Shown here piece by piece: positions 23,901 through 35,900 of a stretch of 64,000 bases of DNA. The stretch is from Macrostomum lignano. Taxonomy: Eukaryota. The DNA lies in NCBI GenBank assembly GCA_002269645.1, contig NIVC01001979.1:62001-126000 (forward strand), given 5' to 3'. Made by a program: the position numbers and the translations under genes. Under the pieces are notes generated by a model. It was given only the letters and a program-made list of their open reading frames with translations. It did no database searches and was not told the DNA's origin. The first letter of the stretch is position 1; each line of letters starts with the position of its first letter.

Positions 23901-26900
23901 TAGCTCGTAGATCAGTTTTGGCCATAGACATAGACAAATGTATAGCAAAGTACATTGTGGGAGATTGAGGTTTTTCATTCCTATTTAATGATTGGAGTAA
24001 GCTAGGCTAGGCTTCTCATTCTAGCGTGCATGCAAAAATAAGTCAACGAATTTATACCCTATATACGCCTGTCCAATTTCTGATCCAGCACAAATGAAGC
24101 TGACCAAGACCAAGACGCCAATCGACCAACTAATCCGCCTGAGCTGCGCGAATTCATCGAGTCCCGTCAGCGCGTAAACAGCGGCAGCGTCCGACGCAAG
24201 TCCGGCGGCCACAGCTCGGACGGAGACGTCCCGGCGGCCAAGGACGGGTCGGAGCGAGATCAGCGACTATTAGCCAGACTGTCCTGCTTTGAGGACGCGC
24301 GCAGCGAATGCAGCGATGCGGATACCAGCGGGTAAGCTTTCATTGCTCAGTAGTATTACCATTTTTTAGTTTAAGTATGCACTCATGCCCCTCATGGCAT
24401 TTAGATTGAAAATTGCGTCAAATTCAGCTTATGTATTAAAGTTCTAACACTGGAGTCAGTCCTTAAGTGAGTAGCCCTTCTCAATTCCTGTCCGACAGAT
24501 CCACTGCGGAGCAATCTGGCCTCGTGTCGGACAGCGACCGGCTTTCCACACCCGGCTGGCTGAAGAAGTCCAATTCGCCCTCACTGTCGTCTCGCTCGCC
24601 GGCAGCTTCTACTAGGAAAACGCCTAGAGCTACTGCGGCCGCCTCTGGTGGCCTTCGTCCGGCTGGCCAACAGTCCGTGACTGAGCGGGAAACACGCTGC
24701 CTCGAGCAAGCAGTGTCCGCCTACGAGGCCGCGCTTGGCACCCGCAGCGGATCGGCGACGCAGCCTCTTGTCGGCCTATTCGATTGCCAGTCGCCATCCG
24801 CTGGCACGTGCACGGAGGCCAATCCGACATCCACCATTGGCGAAGAGGAAGTTCGCAGTAGTTCCACCATGCCGACGCCGCCAGAGACTCCGGTGTCACC
24901 AACTCCGCCGCTTCGTGTTGGCCAGTCCACTATGGTGGTGAAACGGCGTCGTAATTCAGAATCAGAGGAAGCTGACTCCGACGCTGGCGGCAGTATTAGA
25001 AGCGGCAAATCTGCCCGGCGCCACATTGGCGCCCAGCCACCAATCAAGCGCGAAAATGACGCGCAGCTCGAGCTGGCATTCGATCCAGCCGATTGGGCCC
25101 AACCGTACGAATCTATGTACGACAAAATCAAACGCCGGCAGGCTTCTCGAACCGCGTCCGCGTCCGACGGCATCAGAAGTCTGACCAGGCCAGGCGAAGT
25201 CCGGCGTTCGGATGAAAATTCCAGGAAACGATCGAGGCCTCGGCCTCCCGCCAGCAGACAGCAGAGCGCCGCTGGCCCATCAGCAAGCGACACCGAGGAT
25301 GAGGCAATGCAGGAAAACGTTAGAACTTATCCTGCACAAGAGGCTGTGCGATCCAAGAAGCAGCATCAGTTGAGTGGCAGTTCCTCGCGATTCCGCAGTC
25401 GAAAGTCGACCACAACCGGCAGCGAAGTCGGCGGTGGTGGCGGCGGTGGCGGCAACGAGAAGCGAAGACGCGGCTCCTCGTCAGCAGCCAAGGCTCCGGC
25501 TTCCAAACGGTTGCACCGGTCGTCTAAGTCAGGCAAGGCTAGCCGCGGCAAAATGTCTGTCGACAGCGTGTTTGGCAGCTCGTCTGACTCTGAGGAGGCT
25601 GCCGCGCCGTCAACTCCCAGCACCGTGCCAATGACTGATTCTAGCCGCGCCGAGTCTGTTGTCGATCCTGGAAGCCCGCCGGCTGGCAGTCGCCTAACCG
25701 ACATATTTGCCGAAGCCAAGGCCCAGTTGGATCCGCGAGCTGTCACTGAGAAATCTCTGTTCTCTTTCTCCGACGACGAGACTTTCGAGCCGGCGCCAGA
25801 CCTGCCGACCATCGACCGCTTTCAGCCAGACGCCGCCGCGATCAGCCCGGACCGAGTCGACGACGATGAGCCGCCTAAGCTGGCGGCCGCCCACGCTGAT
25901 TTAGAAACTACAGCTGCGCACGCTCTGGCCCAGCTAAGCCAACGACCGGCCGCTATCAGCCTGTCTCAACCTCAGTTCCGAGTGCCCGAACTGAGTCTAC
26001 GTCCGCTCATTCCCGCACCGCCACCGCCTCCGCTGCCGCCTGTACCGCAGCCGCAGACGGCGCGTTCTGCTGCGCCGGAGGCGGGCCTGATGCTGCACCC
26101 TGTTGGTCCGCCAGCCCAGCCCGCCCGGCCTCCAATGCAGCCGGCCGCTCAGCAAGATCTTGATCAGTTTGTACAGGATGTGATTCGCAAGGTGCAAGCA
26201 GCTCCGCCCAACCAAGCTGCCTGCTGGGATAATCAGCAGCAACAAGCTGGCGATACTCCTACAGTCACCAGCGCCAGCTCTGCCGTTGGCATCAGCGTCG
26301 CCTCTAGCGCCGAAGTAACGCCTACCCAGCCAACTATCAGTCTGACTGGCGGCCTGGCCCAGCGGCCAGCCAAGAAGTCGCCACCGGCCATGGAAGCCTT
26401 GGCGCTGCAGCACTTGGACGATGTTATTCGCGAAGTTGTCGAAGGAAACATTGATTTGTCGCCTTACATGGAACGCGACCGACTTCGCTATCCGTCTGGT
26501 GAACGGTTCACACTTACCCCCGTGCCGCCGGCGGTCACTCCTGTCCGTCCGCCGTCTGTCACCCAGCCGGCTTTGCCGCCGCAGCCTCCGTCATCGTTGC
26601 CAACGCCTGTGACCACAGCTCCAGAGTTGCGCCTGCAGCCATTCTCCATCTGCTCTGTGACCACCTGCGCTGCTCCCCCTGACACCTCAGCTGCGCCAAT
26701 CCAGCAAGTCTCTCAACTGATGACGCCCCAATCAATTGCGGTTTCATCACTGTCTACTACGTCTACAACTAGTGATTCGACTGGCAATGATGCTTTTGCC
26801 CAGCGGATGCAGCAGCAGCAGCAGCAACAACAGACGCAACAGCAGCAGGTTCAATTGCAGGCTCTCTACATGCAACTATTTGCTAGCGGACGCTATCCTC

Positions 26901-27670
26901 AGGACCTGCTTTACAGCCAATATGTGCCTCAGTTGCAGCTATTCCAGCCGAGTTCCGCGCCGCCGCCTCCGCCACAGCTGCCGGCTCAAACAGCCAGTCA
27001 GCCGCAGCAGCCGCAACAACAGCCGCTTCCGTCGCAACCTCCGCCGCCGCCGCCACCGCCACAACCGCCACAACCACCGCAGCAGCCACCTCAGCAGCAG
27101 CCACCGCAGCAGCAGCAGTCGCAGGCCCCGGCGCAATCTGGACAGCTGGATGCCTTGCTGCGCAAGTATCCAGTGAAATGGCAGGGTCGTCTAGCCTTAA
27201 AGAACGACGAGGCCGGCGTGCAGATGCACTTTGTCCGCGGCAGCGACACGCTGGCCAAAGCGGCGCTGGAGCTGGCTGCGCCAGACGCTGCCCGGGTGTT
27301 GAAGGTCGCTCAGCGGATGCGACTGGAGCCAGCTCAGCTGGAAGGCGTCCAGCGCAAGATGGCGGACGAAGCGGAATATTGCGTATTGCTGGCCGTAGCC
27401 TGCGGCGTCAATGCGCAGGACTATCGGAGCCAGACGCACAATCTGCGCGAGGCCTTCATCAAGTACCTGCAGGAAAAGCAGGCCGCCGGCATTGTCAACG
27501 TCAACTATCCCGATCAGCAGGATGTGCCAGCCTATGTTGTGCACATCTTCCCGCCCGGCCAGTTTGCAACCTCCAAGCTGCAGCAGTACGCCAGCGATCT
27601 GTACGCTAATCTGTTTCCACAGCCCAGTTCTGAGACGCCGCACCTGCTTGTGGTCGTTACGACTGTGTGA
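17913..27670 (+). CDS. spen: Split ends/SHARP (SPEN), about 1581 aa, 4 RRMs + SPOC; exons 17913-17995, 20050-20259, 20358-20414, 22061-22134, 22479-22813, 22978-23408, 23708-23848 (tentative), 24089-24331, 24499-27670
   Basis: MKEETCYLWISQLPPNV matches SPEN RRM1 (MVRETRHLWVGNLPENV). GLFHEYRKVGKVSSIQV, DEFHPRASRTLLVSNI and KSQPTNCVWL match RRM2-4. YESMYDKIKRR motif; C-terminal SPOC LLRKYPVKWQGRLALKN...QRMRLE...EKQAAGIVNV...HIFPP...PHLLVVVTTV*. Phases are consistent; total 4746 nt. Confidence 0.92.
18146..18809. mobile_element. Intact non-autonomous DNA transposon (MITE), 664 bp, 21-bp perfect TIRs, 8-bp TSD, in spen intron 1
   Basis: TIR CCATAGTCAGGAAGGTGGCAG at 18146-18166 and its reverse complement at 18789-18809; TSD CTCTCGCT at 18138-18145 and 18810-18817; subterminal GTGCGCC repeats on both arms. 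Confidence 0.92.
23460..23665 (+). mobile_element. Probable second tRNA-related SINE family, in spen intron 6
   Basis: B-box-like GGGTTCGATTCCC at about 23508; GC-rich island in an AT-rich intron; A box not convincing. Confidence 0.45.
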
Positions 27671-28653
27671 CATCGACCCTACCCAAGCCACCCTGCTCCG
27701 TGCCCGTCCTAGTTACTCTCTCTGTTCTAAGAGTTGGTGTGGTGTTTCTCAACGTAATATCAACATTGTTTCTTCCCCTTCTCTCTTTCTCTGCTTATCT
27801 TTTCTTTTTCTAATTCTTCCCCCTCCCCCTATTTTCAATGTATTCTCACACCGATCTCCCCGCGCGACACAGCCTGGCAGCCAGTTTAGATGCGGAATTA
27901 CCGTTCATTCTTTAGATTTTCTGCGCGACCAGTTTTCTCGTTTTTTGTTTTCGACTTGTTCAGCTTTGTGATTACATACGTTGCACCTGCTTCTGTACAT
28001 ACAATTAGGCTTTGATTGTTCTCCTTTTTGTACAACTTAATTAACTATCCAGGCCATGTCAGCTGTACATTTTTCAAGGTGAATAACAAAAAGCGCTAAT
28101 ACAACTCTCATCCTGCTAAATCTGTCTTCTTTGGATTGAAAACCATGTGTTCGAGTTCGTTTGCCTATACATTTTTATCCGTTTTTTAATGCTTGGGTTA
28201 CAGTTCGGGGACCACGCCCTTCCTATGCAGTAGACAGCTCGGCATATAATAAAGCTGATTAATTTGTAGGACTTTAATGATCCAGCTGGTCGATTTGTTT
28301 TACTAACAGTAGGGTATTTGCGCGATTGCTTTAAAATTTGGGATATTGCTGTAATGTCTAAAGCTAGCAATTTAGAAAATGATCAATTCGAGTTGCGATT
28401 CTGATGTGAAATGATTCGTTTGAACTAGCTCGTAAAATGAAAATTACTGTTATTTTTAGCCTTCATAAAATAAAGCAGGAGGCAATAAATAATATATCTT
28501 CTTTTATGATTTCTTGAAACTTCTGCTTTTTGCATTGCATACTGTTGGTTAGTTGCCTACATGTATATTAGGTTTGCATCACCACCGAAAGTAGGATTGT
28601 ACTACGATACACTAGTATTTCAGCTTTTCTTGAAGTAATTAGATATTAAATAA

Positions 28654-28847
28654 TGCCCCATAATTGTTTCTTTGGCTAGAAGAATGCGCAGAGGATGTGT
28701 TTGTTGCCCAGATGAAGTCTAGAAAACTAAGTATAGCGCTGAATTGATTTTCGCCACATTCGGTCGAGAGATATCCGCGATACATGTAGGAAAATCCAAT
28801 CTTTCGAGAGCATGTAAAAGCGCTAGCGGCACGACAAATTATGGGCA
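28654..28847. mobile_element. Possible small MITE with imperfect TIRs
   Basis: TGCCCCATAATTGT versus the reverse complement of ACAAATTATGGGCA; no TSD identified. Confidence 0.35.
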
Positions 28848-29926
28848 CTCCTTAGGGTCTAGGAACACTTGCCAGCCGAGAAAATTTGCAGCAAGGTTTA
28901 GGTAGGTACCATCTCAGAACTTTAGCAGCTGTTTAATTTTTTAGTTATAATCAAACATCAGAGATAAAGTATATAAAAAGTATACGCGTATCTGATATAT
29001 TTATTTATTGTACAAGCTGTTGCACCCGCGGATTTTGAGCCCGCTGAATTTTAATCCTCTGAACTATTTTTTGCATACATTCCGAAATCTGAAGTTGGCC
29101 TCAAACAAAAGCTCGTTTAATTAGTAGTTAAGATGAAGATAAAAAATTCGTGTTAAAAATAAAATTTGAGGCCTTTGAACCGTCTCTCTTCTCTCCTCAC
29201 TTCTCTTCCGTCTCCTCGAACTCTCTCTTATCTTATCTCCTCTCTCCTTTCTTTTCTCATCTCTCGTCTTTCTCTCTCCTCTCCTCTTTTGTCTCTCCTC
29301 TCTTCTCTTTTCTCCTCTTCTCTCTTCTAATTTTCTCTCTTCTCACCTCCTGTCTCTTCGATCTCTCTCATCTCTAATAGACATATTTAAGTCAGCCTAG
29401 ATATGTATGGTACATCTCTACTTGAGTCATAATTAGTGCGTGCATGTTTAAAAGGCCCATTTACCGGGTTTGGTTTTCACGGACAATTATGAAAGATAAA
29501 ACAACTGATTTACTAAGGTTTAAATATTTCGGATGCAAAGGAATTTAATAGCTTGGCCTAATTTTTATTAGTAAACTACATATAACTAAAATAGAATGCC
29601 ATTTCGCTACGAACAAATTTTTATTGTAATTTAAATCAGTACAGTAATAAATTTTCCTTGGATTCAGATGTCAAACATTCAAACTAAGACTTCAGTCTCG
29701 AGACGTAACGCATACAAGAACTGCAGCAGGGAATTTATAGACTCAATTCGCTTTTAACGATTGGTTTTTGACGCTCTTTCGAAATTATCTAGCGCTTCTT
29801 TTGCCATTAAAAACTTTAATATTTAGTCTACTTGAGATTCTTGACCTAATGTTTAAAAACTAGATATCTTGGTTTGAATCAACACTAACTATTTTTATAA
29901 TTAAGCTTAATATACAATTCATTTTA

Positions 29927-32900
29927 ATGACTATGTCCTCTGAGAAGCAGTCCACATCAGACACCTACTCCTACACCTCAGTTGTTGAAGCAGTTGGTGT
30001 TTTGTACAATAATAGCAATGGCAATGGACATTTGTCCAAAGAGAGTGCTTCACAGTGGCTTGATGGATTTCAAAAATCAGTGAGTCAACTTTTTAAGTAC
30101 TTTCACCATTTGAATTTTAATTAGGATTAAGTTATAATTATGAACCACTGAATTGTATAAATTTAGGCAAATTCATTAAAACATTTTATTAATTCCCAAC
30201 TATTTTCTTTATTTAATTTATTTTAATTATTTAATTATTAATTTTTGTTGCTACTTTTCTTTTTAGTTTCCAATCTAAATAAGTATTTTAAATTTCATCC
30301 ATATGCACCAGTTAATCAGAATGCAGCCCATTTAAGCAAAATATTTTTTGGCAAAAGATAGTTCACAACTTTTGGTGATACTTGGCATAAAAATTTTTTT
30401 TTGGAAACTGGCCATGCTATCTAGTCTAGCATATAAAAATAGTGAAAAAGTGGTATACATGTTCTTGCAGTTGCAGAATCTTAGTGATAAACTTTTTGCT
30501 TTTTTAAAATTAACAATGAATAAAACTTGTGTAAATTATTGCTAAGAATGTAAATTTTGCATTCTCTTTTCTCTAGGTTTAATTTAAGTTTGTTTAAAAT
30601 GAAAATATTCGTAGTATTTGAAAGAATTTTCGTACGAAAGCCTTTCTTAGAAAACTAAGAAAGACCTTTAAGAAAGGCTTAAGGTCTTAGAATGACCTTT
30701 TTTAGGAGGAATTTTTGGCTAAAAAAAGGTTTTTTGGTACATCGCAACACTAAATGAAGCTCGTAACAAGCCTAATTTTTTTTCTAGAATTATAATTTTT
30801 TCTGGGTTGGAAAAAATTTGGTGCAAATAGGCGTACCAAATAAATTGTAGGAGATTTTAGTCCAGCATACATTCAGGATGTTCTGAGTTATAGATATATT
30901 TTGGCCAAAAAAAGTAACCAGTTTGGCTAAAAGATAGATAGGCTATTTATAACTTATAACTATAATTGTAAATATGCCACTTTGGTAGTTGTAGCTTTAA
31001 AAAATTATTCATTGACCACCTTTTACATTATATATTTATAATTTTTAAATTAAAAAAACTTATAACTTAGTTAGTGCTCTATGTTATATACATATAAAGT
31101 GCAATTGATAGATTCTAGGAATGATAGTATAGTTTTTCAGTTCTAGTTCCTAAATTGAACTTTGAAATCTTGATATAAAGGAATGGCACCTAATAAAACA
31201 GCATTTAAATAATAAAGAATTGCCATATAATAAAAGATGTAACAACAAGATAGTCTTTTTTCATTTTGACTTTTTTTAAAACAACTAACTCTTTGCTCTT
31301 TGCTAAAGCTTAGATCTATTGCAACAATTTTTCACTAAAAATGGCTAGCTTTAGATAAAAAATAACTCATTTTTAGGATATAGGATGGTCATTGCAAAAG
31401 TTTTGCTATTATTGACTTTCATTGAAAATTCTTTTGCCAAAGTAGATTTAAACTACTAGTAACAATCAATTACTTATATTAAATATGGCAAGTTAAGCCT
31501 AGTGAAATATATATTAGCCAATTCTATAGGAGTACAACATTTGCTTGTGGGAAGTTTGCTTGCCAAACTTTGCTTGCCCAAGTTTTCTTGTCAAAGTTTG
31601 CCTGCCAAAGTTTGCCTGCCGAACTTTGTTTGCCACACTTTGCTTGTAGATAATTTGGTTGGAGGAATTCTCCTTGCCAAAGTTTGGTTGTAGGAACTTT
31701 GCCTGCCAAACTTTGCTTGTAGGAACTTTGCTTGCTGAACTTTTCTTGTAAGAGCTTTGCTTGCCAAACTTTCTTTGCAGAATTTTGATGTCTGCTTCCT
31801 AGAAATTTGCAATCACTATTGCAAGGTTTTAACTTGCTAAATTATTTTCTTGTTTGCTTGCTTGTTTTGATTGCTTGTGAAGTTTGTCATTCAATTATTA
31901 CTTACTAAAGTCTACAGATGCTTTGCAAGTAGATTCTTATCAGCATCACAAAGTAAACTGACTTGACACTAAGCTTTCAAACTAGGCTTATAGAGTTTCA
32001 TTTTAAGAATTTAGTATATAGAATGATTCGACATTTAGTATAGATAGAAGATAGACAGGGATTGGTAAAAGTATATATCGTTGTAGTTCCTGATTTCCAC
32101 AAGAAAACTGGCTGGCAAACCTCAGCAAGCAAAATTTCTACAAGCAAAGTTCCTGCAAACAAACTTTGGCAAGCTTATATGCAGCAAGCAAATTTTCTGC
32201 AAGAAAAATTTAACAAGCAAAGTTTAGCAAGCAAACTTCTCACAAGCAAACTTCATAGACCTTAATTCTATATCTTTTAGTCATATGTTCTTGTAGCATA
32301 TTCTTGCATTATTATAGAAAAAGTATATGCTACAATGAAATTTTGGCAATAGCTAATGCCCTGGAGGTTACTTCTGTCCTCTCAAAATGTTCTACTTTTT
32401 GAACCAATTTCATAGCTGCAAGCAAGTTGTGAGAGGGCTATTGGTTGTACCTCTAAAATAATTTTATTATGGTTGTTATCAAAGTTTTGATAGAGGTAAA
32501 CTCTTACTATCAATCATTTAACAACTTATAATGGGAGATTTTCTAACTTCACTAATGCTACCAAAGTTGTGCTAGATTACAATTTATCTCTAAGCAATAG
32601 TCTTAGAATAGGGTCTAAGCACTTGTCTAAATATTAGTCTAAGTATATAATGAGTATAAACTGAGAAAAAGTCTGAGTATATATCTTAGTATTTGTCTTA
32701 GTATTTCTTATTACTTTTACTAGCATTCTTACTGGCATTTACTAGTAGCATTCATATATGAAACATTGAATTGCAACAGAAATCTAGATGATATTTAAAA
32801 AATTCAAAATATTTTTGGTTTTTCCAAATTTCAAATAAAAAATTTTTGACTTAAAAAACTTTCAAAATTAATTTTTTAATACATATAGTTATAAAATAAA

Positions 32901-35900
32901 GAAATTTTTTATCTCTAAATATTCTACTTACAAGCCATGCTAAATGCCAACAAACTTTATTAATAAACAATCAATTAATATTATTATATTTTTAGAAAAC
33001 AATTATAAAAATAGTCAAAACATGCATCTTTCCACTACAAGTAACATGAATGCACTAAACAACAAACAATTTTTAAAGAAAATAATATATTTTTTGTTAT
33101 ATTAAACTAGAAAAGGATTTAAGTCTATAACTAGGGAGAATATTAGCATTTCATTTAAGCAGCCATTTGTTGATATAATTACTTAGTTTATTTTATTATT
33201 TTAATATGCTTGTAGTTAATGTAGAGGTATATATCTTAAAAATGTCTTAAAATCTTAAAATCATATCTTAAAATGATGTAAAAAAATCTTGCAGCAACTA
33301 GTTTCTAAACATTAGGATTCTTGCAAAAATAAGTTATATACTTTGCAAATAATATCATCTTAATTTTGATATGGCCCTATTCCAATGAGTACCCTCCACT
33401 AATTGCATTCACACAGATCTACTCTTGGCAAATCTGTAACGACATCCTGCAGCACAACACTGACCTGAGCTGTTGCTACTTTGCCGCTCAGACTATGCGA
33501 TCTAAGGTTGTTCTCTATCTTTGTTTCTTTCTTAGATGTCATTGATATTTGAATGAACTTTTTGTAACCATTTCAGATCAAGTACCAGTTCCACGAGCTG
33601 CCGCCTAATACGCATCATGTATGTCTTTTTAATTTAATTTACAATTTGTTATTTAATTAAGAAAAATGTTTCTACTAGTAGTAGCAACTTGAAGATGGTT
33701 GTCTTATATTTAAAAAAACTCATTTCAATCGCAGGACCTAAAGGCCTCTCTATTCAGCCATCTCAACAGTCAAAGTCGCACCTCGCCTCAGGTAGTCACC
33801 CAGCTGTGCCTGGCCATAGCCGACCTGGCACTGCAGATGGTGCAGTGGCGCAATTCCCTACAGGAAATTATCGTTACATTATCGCGAGACGGCCACTTAA
33901 TGGACAATCTACTTGAGATATTGTTTGTAATGCCGGAGGAGATTAATAATAAATCGTTGCGGCTTGGCCAGAACCGCCGGCGCGAACTCATTGGAGAATG
34001 GGATCAGCACAGGCTGGAGCTGTTGGACTTCTTTGTGAGTTCCGTCTCTGTTGAGTTTGGCTATGCTGACACCAGTTTGGCTATGCTGACACCAGTTTGG
34101 CTATGCTGACACCAGTTTGGCTATGCTGACACCAGTTTGGCTATGCTGATAGCAGTTTGGCAATGCTGACACCAGTTTGGCTATGCTGACACCAGTTTGG
34201 CTATGCTGACACCAGTTTGGCTATGCTGACACCAGTTTGGCTATGCTGACACCAGTTTGGCTATGCTGACACCAGTTTGGCTATGCTGACACCAGTTTGG
34301 CTATGCTGATAGCAGTTTGGCAATGCTGACACCAGTTTGGCTATGCTGACACCAGTTTGGCTATGCTGACACCAGTTTGGCTATGCTGACACCAGTTTGG
34401 CTATGCTGACACCAGTTTGGCTATGCTGACACCAGTTTGGCTATGCTGACACCAGTTTGGCTATGCTGACACCAGTTTGGCTATGCTGACACCAGTTTGG
34501 CTATGCTGACACCAGTTTGGCTATGCTGACACCAGTTTGGCTATGCTGACATTGACAGTATACTGATATGAGTCCATATTTAAGTTTATTAATAAAATCA
34601 AATAACCCCCCCCCCCAAAAGTCATTCTTTTTATATGGAATTTTTTCAAACATTTTAGACTCACATGCTTATATTCTACTTTTGTCAGTAGTAAAATTCT
34701 TATCAACATAGGTTTAACATGTCTACTTTAATCTATTCACAGGCCAGCTGTCTCAGTCAGTACGAATCGGCCGGCAATTGGAAGCTGGCCAACAAACTGA
34801 TTGGCACCTTCGGCCAGTGGTGGTCAGTCGGCGTATTCGCCGATAACGATTTTGTTGAGCAGCATCGAATGGACCTGCTGCTGGCACCTTTCCGGTTCAT
34901 TGCTGGCAGTCAGACCGCCACTGCCGGCTCGTTGTCGCCTGACCTGGCCGAGTCCGCTCACACGACCGCCGCCGAGTGCCTGTGCTCCGCCTTCTACGCT
35001 GTCGAAGCTGTTGACTTGTACCCCACCGTGGTGCCGGCCATGGTTAACGCCGCCTTAGGCCTGGAGCCCGCCTACCAGGCCAGCGTGGCAGCCGAGGACA
35101 CTTCCAGGTTTGTGGGGTATGGCAACCGGTGGCTAGAGACTGAGTTTTCTTCATATAGTGGCGCCCACCGAATCTTGGGGCGGGGGGGGATAATGGCGCC
35201 CCAGCGAATCTTTGTGGGGCGGGGGGGGGGGGTAATGGCGCCCACCGAATCTTTGGAGGGGTGTTGGCACCCACCGAATTTTTGGGCGGGGGGGGGGGGT
35301 AAATGGCGCCCACCGAATCTTTTTTTGGGGAGGATAATGGCGCCCACTGAATCTTTTTGGGGGGGGGATAATGGCGCCCACTGAATCTTGGGGCCAATGA
35401 CGCCCACCAAATCTTTGGGTGGATAATGGCGCCCACCAAATCTTTTTTTTGGGGGGGGGGCGGGGGTAATGGCGCCCACCGAATCTTGGGGGGGATAATG
35501 GCGCCCACCAAATCTTTAGGGGGGGGGATAATGGCGCCCACCAAATCTTTTTTTTGGGGGGGGGATAATGGCGCCCACCGAATCTTGGGGGGGGGATAAT
35601 GGCGCCCACCAAATCTTCAGGGTGGGATAATGGCGCCCACCAAATCTTCAGGGGGGGATAATGGCGCCCACTAAATCTTCAGGGGGGGATAATGGCGCCC
35701 ACCAAATCTTTTTGGGGGGGGGGGGGGGTAATGGAACCCACCGAATCTTGGGGTCAGGGGGGGGGGTAATGGTGTCCACCGAATTTTTTGGAGTGAGATA
35801 GTGACGCAACGTGAAGCATAGGTGGTCGCAAGCCGCAAAAGTCTATATAACCAAGAGTCTACATGGCGTCACTGTTGCAGGTGTATTAGTATCTGCCGAG

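Noticed and set aside
8407-27670. HDAC1 next to spen (SHARP = SMRT/HDAC1-associated repressor) as a functional cluster
   Set aside because: Opposite strands, separated by an unrelated gene, with no shared regulatory signal; chance adjacency is sufficient without synteny data.
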